A DNA stretch of 61,332 bases, taken from a virus (taxonomy: Duplodnaviria > Caudoviricetes). The notes beneath the pieces are model-generated. The model was given only the letters and a program-made list of their open reading frames with translations. It made no database searches and had not been told where the DNA came from. Positions 57,041 to 61,332 of the stretch are shown here, piece after piece. Numbering within the stretch: position 1 is the stretch's first letter; every line of letters starts with the position of its first letter. A program made the translations under genes and the position numbers. Where the stretch lies: positions 1 to 61,332 of the IMG/VR virus record IMGVR_UViG_3300020417_001896. The stretch is one strand, 5' to 3'.

Positions 57041-59692
57041 TTGTTTGATGATTTTTTAGCAGACCTTAGAAAGCCTACAATCGAGAAATACGATTGGATG
57101 AATGACGTTGAGTTAATACTTGGCACAAAAGAAAACCTTACCCAAGCGATTGATGAATGTATCGCCTCAGAAGTATATGGTTGCGACATTGAAACAACAG
57201 GACTTGATAACCGAGTCTTTGATGGAAGAACCGTAGACTCAATCGTAGGTATTGGAATCGCACCCACACCCGACAAGGCTTACTATTTCCCTATCGGACA
57301 CAGAGCAGGTTCAGAATACAACATTCCTTGGTCTATGGTTGGTAAAGAGTTTGGAAGACTATTCCACCCCGACACTAAAGCGAACCCTGTTTTTCAAAAC
57401 ATTGCTTTTGACGCTCCATTTCTTGAATACAATGGCTTCTTTCCTCTTGGAGTAGATCGGTGGGATAACCATAAGAAATGGGAAGACACCCTCATCGTTA
57501 AGTACCTGCTTAACCCTCGTCAAAAAGGTGGTCGAGGACTCAAGGCAATGTCTGATCAGCTCTGTGGTATGAAGATGATCGAACTCAATGAGCTTATCCC
57601 CGATGAGAAGATTAAGGATTACGCTACGCTCGACCCTAGTTGGGAGCCTTGTATTTGGTATGCGGCGGCTGACCCTCTCTGTACGCTTCGTGTATGGAAC
57701 ATTCTAAGAAGTCAGTATGTAGAAGCTCCCGAACACTCAGATTCAATCTACAACTTGGAAAAGATGTGTCTCGTATCAGTGAGCTGGATGCACAGGTGTA
57801 GGGTCTATGTAGATAGAAATAGAGCGTTGGAATCTTGTAAAGAGGGTCAACGCTTGTGGTGGGATAGTCTGCTTGAAGTGTATGAGGGCGCAAGCGAAAT
57901 CTTAGGTCGAAATATAACCCCCAACTATCTTCGGATAATGAAAGGTAAAATCAAAGGGGCGATTAACGTCTTTGACCCCGATGATGTGGGAAATGACTCT
58001 AAGATGTCTTATAAGATTCGTGTAGATGAGGCTCGTAAGGAAGCCAAACGAAACTACCCCGACCCTGTTCAAGTAATCTCAAAGAATGTAGCCCTCGTAG
58101 GTAAAGAAGCAGGCACTGAGAAAGTCGATTTCCCTCTCGTCTATGACATCATGTCTCCCCAACAACTTGGACTCTTATTTCGTGAGCTGAAAGTACCCAA
58201 CCTCATCGCCTCTGAAAAGTCAGGTCAAGTCGTTACTGCAACTGACGTACTTGATGATGTGATCAAGAAAGCAGAGCAAGACTTCCCATTCATGGGGAAA
58301 GTCAAGAACCTGCGCTTCCTCTCTAAAGCTCTCGGTCAGTACCTCATTCCTTTCGTTGAAGACGTAGGGAAAGACGGAACTCTGAAGCCCCGTTTCGATC
58401 AGTTTGCCGCTGACACAGGTCGTTTCTCTTGTAAGTCTACCTCCAAGCCTTGGGAAGTAAAAGACGGAGGTTGCCGTGTTCCATTCCAAGGCATTCCTGC
58501 CTATGGGAAAGACAAAGACAAGAAGCCTGCCATCATTTCTTATATGCGTGATTGTATCGCTTCAAGAAGTGATGGTTGGTGGCTCGCGGCAATCGACTAT
58601 GCAGGTGTAGAGCTTCGCCTAGTTACTAATCTTAGTAGAGAGCCTCTGTGGGTAAAAGCGTTCTTTGAGTGTTCTGATTGTGGTACTCAGTTCCCCCAAG
58701 AAATGAATGATGATAACATCCCTAAAGCCACGCCCACTTATTGCACTACCTGTGGCTCAGACCGAATAGGTGATCTGCACACAGTAACAGCGACTGCCTT
58801 TTATGGAGAAAACGCTAAGAATCTGCCTAATTGGAAAGACCTCAGAGGAAATGGTAAAGGGTGCAACTTTGCTCTCTCCTACGGTGGGACAGGTAAAGCC
58901 GTACAGCGCACTATTGGTTGCTCATCTCAAGAGGGTGAAGAGAAGTACAGGAAGTTCACAAGCACTTATAAGACTCTATCTAAGTGGTGGACTCATCAGC
59001 ACAACTTTGGTCGTAAGCATGGCTATGTGAAGACAGCCTTTGGTCGTGTCCAACCTCTACCCGACATTAATGAGGGAGACTTCAGAAAGAAATCAAAAGA
59101 CGAACGAAAGTCTGTGAATGGACCTGTGCAGGGAACGAGCGCAGATATTACCAAGCTCGCTATGAGTCTGATCTATAAAGAGGTCAAGAAGCGAGGTTGG
59201 TTCGATAAGCTCAAGATGATTCTGACTGTCCATGATGAAATCGTCTTTGAGATACACGAAGACGTTATCGGTGAAGCTATCCCTGTACTCACTCAACTCA
59301 TGTCGAGAAATAAAGGTATAGCTAATCAAGGTTGGGCTGTACCTCTACTAGTAGACGTTGAGATCGGTAAGACTTGGGGTGTTCCTTATGACCTCAAAGA
59401 CCTTAAGCGTGGCTACAAAGAGAAGCTCGTTCCTGATGGTGTTGATGAGAATGGGAAGAAGAAGTACAAGGAAATAAAAGTACCTGTACCTGAGTCTTTA
59501 GGGAGGATATTTTATGAGGAGGGTGGGGAGGTAGAAGAAAGTCCTATCGAAGTAGTCGAAACTCCAAGCAAACCCGTCTACAAGTTCTCAGATTTAACTA
59601 AAGAAGAAGCTAAAAAGGTAGCTGAGTGGCTCGTCAAAAATGAGGGTGGTGTAATCCTTTACAATGACAAGGATATAACTGCCTTATTCTGA
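57041..59692 (+). CDS. polA: family A DNA polymerase with 3'-5' exonuclease (phage type)
   Basis: Exo I CDIETTG, Exo II QNIAFD, Exo III YAAAD; TGRFS; motif A IDYAGVELR, motif B RGNGKGCNFALSYG, motif C TVHDE; TTG start with AAGGAG SD; no 5'-3' exonuclease domain. Confidence 0.95.
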   Translation: MFDDFLADLRKPTIEKYDWMNDVELILGTKENLTQAIDECIASEVYGCDIETTGLDNRVFDGRTVDSIVGIGIAPTPDKAYYFPIGHRAGSEYNIPWSMVGKEFGRLFHPDTKANPVFQNIAFDAPFLEYNGFFPLGVDRWDNHKKWEDTLIVKYLLNPRQKGGRGLKAMSDQLCGMKMIELNELIPDEKIKDYATLDPSWEPCIWYAAADPLCTLRVWNILRSQYVEAPEHSDSIYNLEKMCLVSVSWMHRCRVYVDRNRALESCKEGQRLWWDSLLEVYEGASEILGRNITPNYLRIMKGKIKGAINVFDPDDVGNDSKMSYKIRVDEARKEAKRNYPDPVQVISKNVALVGKEAGTEKVDFPLVYDIMSPQQLGLLFRELKVPNLIASEKSGQVVTATDVLDDVIKKAEQDFPFMGKVKNLRFLSKALGQYLIPFVEDVGKDGTLKPRFDQFAADTGRFSCKSTSKPWEVKDGGCRVPFQGIPAYGKDKDKKPAIISYMRDCIASRSDGWWLAAIDYAGVELRLVTNLSREPLWVKAFFECSDCGTQFPQEMNDDNIPKATPTYCTTCGSDRIGDLHTVTATAFYGENAKNLPNWKDLRGNGKGCNFALSYGGTGKAVQRTIGCSSQEGEEKYRKFTSTYKTLSKWWTHQHNFGRKHGYVKTAFGRVQPLPDINEGDFRKKSKDERKSVNGPVQGTSADITKLAMSLIYKEVKKRGWFDKLKMILTVHDEIVFEIHEDVIGEAIPVLTQLMSRNKGIANQGWAVPLLVDVEIGKTWGVPYDLKDLKRGYKEKLVPDGVDENGKKKYKEIKVPVPESLGRIFYEEGGEVEESPIEVVETPSKPVYKFSDLTKEEAKKVAEWLVKNEGGVILYNDKDITALF

Positions 59693-59745
59693 TTATTTAT
59701 GAGGTATTGTCTGATATAATAAACGCAGAAATGTAGAAGAAGGAC

Positions 59746-60360
59746 TTGAAAATGAAGAACGATTTATTGGGTGAATGTAATGATCAGAAAATCTCAGAGA
59801 TAGAATTTACTTCTATATTCTGTAAGAGATGTAAAAACAAAAGATGTGATCGAGCAGGGTGGTCTTCTTCTTCTTGGGAAGAGCGCATTAGTACCCAAGC
59901 TGATCGCTTCCTTAATAACCCAAATATCGCTATTCAGAGTGAGTCTTCAAGATGGGAGGGTATCGTTGATTTTGAACTATTTCAAGCACCCACTAGTACA
60001 GAGATTTGGGGAGTACCTCAAACTCAAGAAAAACCAGTTGCAGTTGAGGTGGAGACACCACTTCATAAAGTTGATGTTAAGCCCCAAGAAGAACCACCTA
60101 CTAGAGCCAAGTCTGAGACACCTGTTGGTTTCGTTTCTGACGACCCTATTCCTGTCAGTGATAATCCTATACCTACTGTTGAAAGCCCAAACGTAGAAGA
60201 AAAAAAATCTCCGTCTCGACTAATGAACACAGCCCCTCAAGAAATAATCATTGGGGGGTTAGACTCTGCTCCAAAACCTCAGCCGAAGAAGCCTGTAGAT
60301 GATTGGGCAGTGCCTCCAAAGAAATTAAAAATCGGTGGCACATTTAAAATGGGAGGGTGA
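59746..60360 (+). CDS. hypothetical protein, Cys-cluster N-terminus and Pro/Glu-rich tail
   Basis: EC...FCKRCKNKRC followed by a low-complexity P/E/K/V region. Confidence 0.65.
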   Translation: MKMKNDLLGECNDQKISEIEFTSIFCKRCKNKRCDRAGWSSSSWEERISTQADRFLNNPNIAIQSESSRWEGIVDFELFQAPTSTEIWGVPQTQEKPVAVEVETPLHKVDVKPQEEPPTRAKSETPVGFVSDDPIPVSDNPIPTVESPNVEEKKSPSRLMNTAPQEIIIGGLDSAPKPQPKKPVDDWAVPPKKLKIGGTFKMGG

Positions 60361-60361
60361 T

Positions 60362-61332
60362 GTGTTTTTAGATTATGAAAAAGAGCCTCCCAAGCTGTTA
60401 GATGAAAGTCAGATCAAAGACCTAAATGGAGACTTGTACGTCGCAAGAGGGCTTTGGCAAGATGTGATCTCTCATTACAGCAAAGAAGAAGTCTTAGATC
60501 GTCTCAGACACTTGATCAATACGGGTACTATTGTATTTCCTTACAAAGAGTATTTAGAGCTTTCAGTAAGGGAAGAGTTCAATAAGCTCAAGAACAGCAC
60601 CTCTTATTTCTACCAAGACGAATGGGTGTGTAATCGCTTAGTTCAAGACGTTCCATTTCTATATAGAGGGGAGTCAAGATATGTACCCTCAACAGCTCGG
60701 CTTGGAGGTAAAGTCTCAGACTTGTTTACTCAAGAAGTTCGCATGGAAGTAGGCCATCAAAGGTTTATGTCTCCGATGAGAGCTTGGACTAGCAAGAAGA
60801 AAGCATTTCTTAGCTACATCTTTAATCCCGATATGTTTGATGGAGACTTGAATGATAAAGCTCTGCGCTCGGCTCTAAGCATGAGGTCTTATATAGCGAG
60901 TCAGTTCAAACCTGAGTCTGCCAAGGTCATCTACGATACATTTCAAGCGAAGCGAGTCTTAGACTTCTCAGCAGGTTGGGGAGACAGACTTGTAGGGTTT
61001 CACGCTTCCAATGCAGAGAGCTACATAGGGATAGACCCTAACTCTAAGCTCCATGAACCCTATCAAAAGATCAGCGATTTCTGTGGTACAGATAAGGAAG
61101 TCAAACTCATCTGCTCACCTGCTGAGGAAGCCGATTTAACAGGTGTTAAAGTGGACTTTGTGTTTACCTCACCACCTTATTTCACCCTCGAAAGATATAG
61201 TGAAGAAGACACTCAGAGTTGGAAGAGATACCCGAAGATCAACGCTTGGTTAGAGGGTTTTCTATTTCCTACTTTGTTCAAGTGTTGGGAGTGCCTTGAA
61301 GACGGGGGGAGAATACTCGTTAATATCGCAGA
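60362..61332 (+). CDS. amino-DNA methyltransferase (SPPY type, N4-C or N6-A), truncated by the window end
   Basis: Not in the ORF track. GTG 60362 follows GGGAGG; the open frame contains YIASQFKPESAK, VLDFSAGWGDRL (motif I), YIGIDPN and FVFTSPPYF (motif IV). Confidence 0.9.
   Translation, partial: MFLDYEKEPPKLLDESQIKDLNGDLYVARGLWQDVISHYSKEEVLDRLRHLINTGTIVFPYKEYLELSVREEFNKLKNSTSYFYQDEWVCNRLVQDVPFLYRGESRYVPSTARLGGKVSDLFTQEVRMEVGHQRFMSPMRAWTSKKKAFLSYIFNPDMFDGDLNDKALRSALSMRSYIASQFKPESAKVIYDTFQAKRVLDFSAGWGDRLVGFHASNAESYIGIDPNSKLHEPYQKISDFCGTDKEVKLICSPAEEADLTGVKVDFVFTSPPYFTLERYSEEDTQSWKRYPKINAWLEGFLFPTLFKCWECLEDGGRILVNIA

Noticed and set aside
58670-58759. Intein in the polymerase
   Set aside because: The insertion is only about 30 aa and lacks the terminal His-Asn and other splicing blocks.
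1-61332. Eukaryotic giant-virus origin (TopIB-like genes, SNF2, poly-Lys stretch)
   Set aside because: Shine-Dalgarno sites, coupled operons, DnaB, family A polymerase and a contractile baseplate point to a bacteriophage.
1-61332. Stop-codon reassignment, tRNA or rRNA genes
   Set aside because: Very long ORFs are intact under the standard code and end in TAA, TAG and TGA; intergenic gaps are short and no cloverleaf or rRNA-like sequence was seen.

Overview
The window looks like a 61 kb piece of a large, probably jumbo, contractile-tailed dsDNA bacteriophage. It is about 40% GC by eye and densely coding, has AGGAG-type Shine-Dalgarno sites, and uses all three stop codons. Positions 1-34.5 kb are a minus-strand baseplate/tail module: gp25-like, baseplate J-like, gpI-like and tail-collar-like genes, two paralogous wedge-type proteins, and 4249-aa and 1378-aa orphans. 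Positions 34.5-44 kb hold a ~1350-aa helical orphan, a divergent sigma-factor-like gene with a 48-bp tandem repeat, and small enzymes (GNAT, SNase, Nudix, HExxH). Positions 44-61 kb are a mainly plus-strand replication module: SNF2 helicase, DnaC-like loader, DnaB helicase, GIY-YIG protein, stand-alone CHC2 zinc finger, ClpP, family A polymerase and a truncated SPPY DNA methyltransferase. The most notable signals are: (1) two divergent, apparently intact topoisomerase-IB-like paralogs with shared duplicated acidic tails; (2) an 'RVA..[KR]xA' peptide tag on otherwise unrelated proteins, possibly a virion-cargo system; (3) two recurring upstream motifs that separate virion-type from replication genes; (4) strong avoidance of CCAG/CTGG/CCGG except mainly at Pro-Gly codon pairs; (5) a possible -1 frameshift in a holin-like gene. 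All family calls come from motif recognition by eye; no searches or counts were run.
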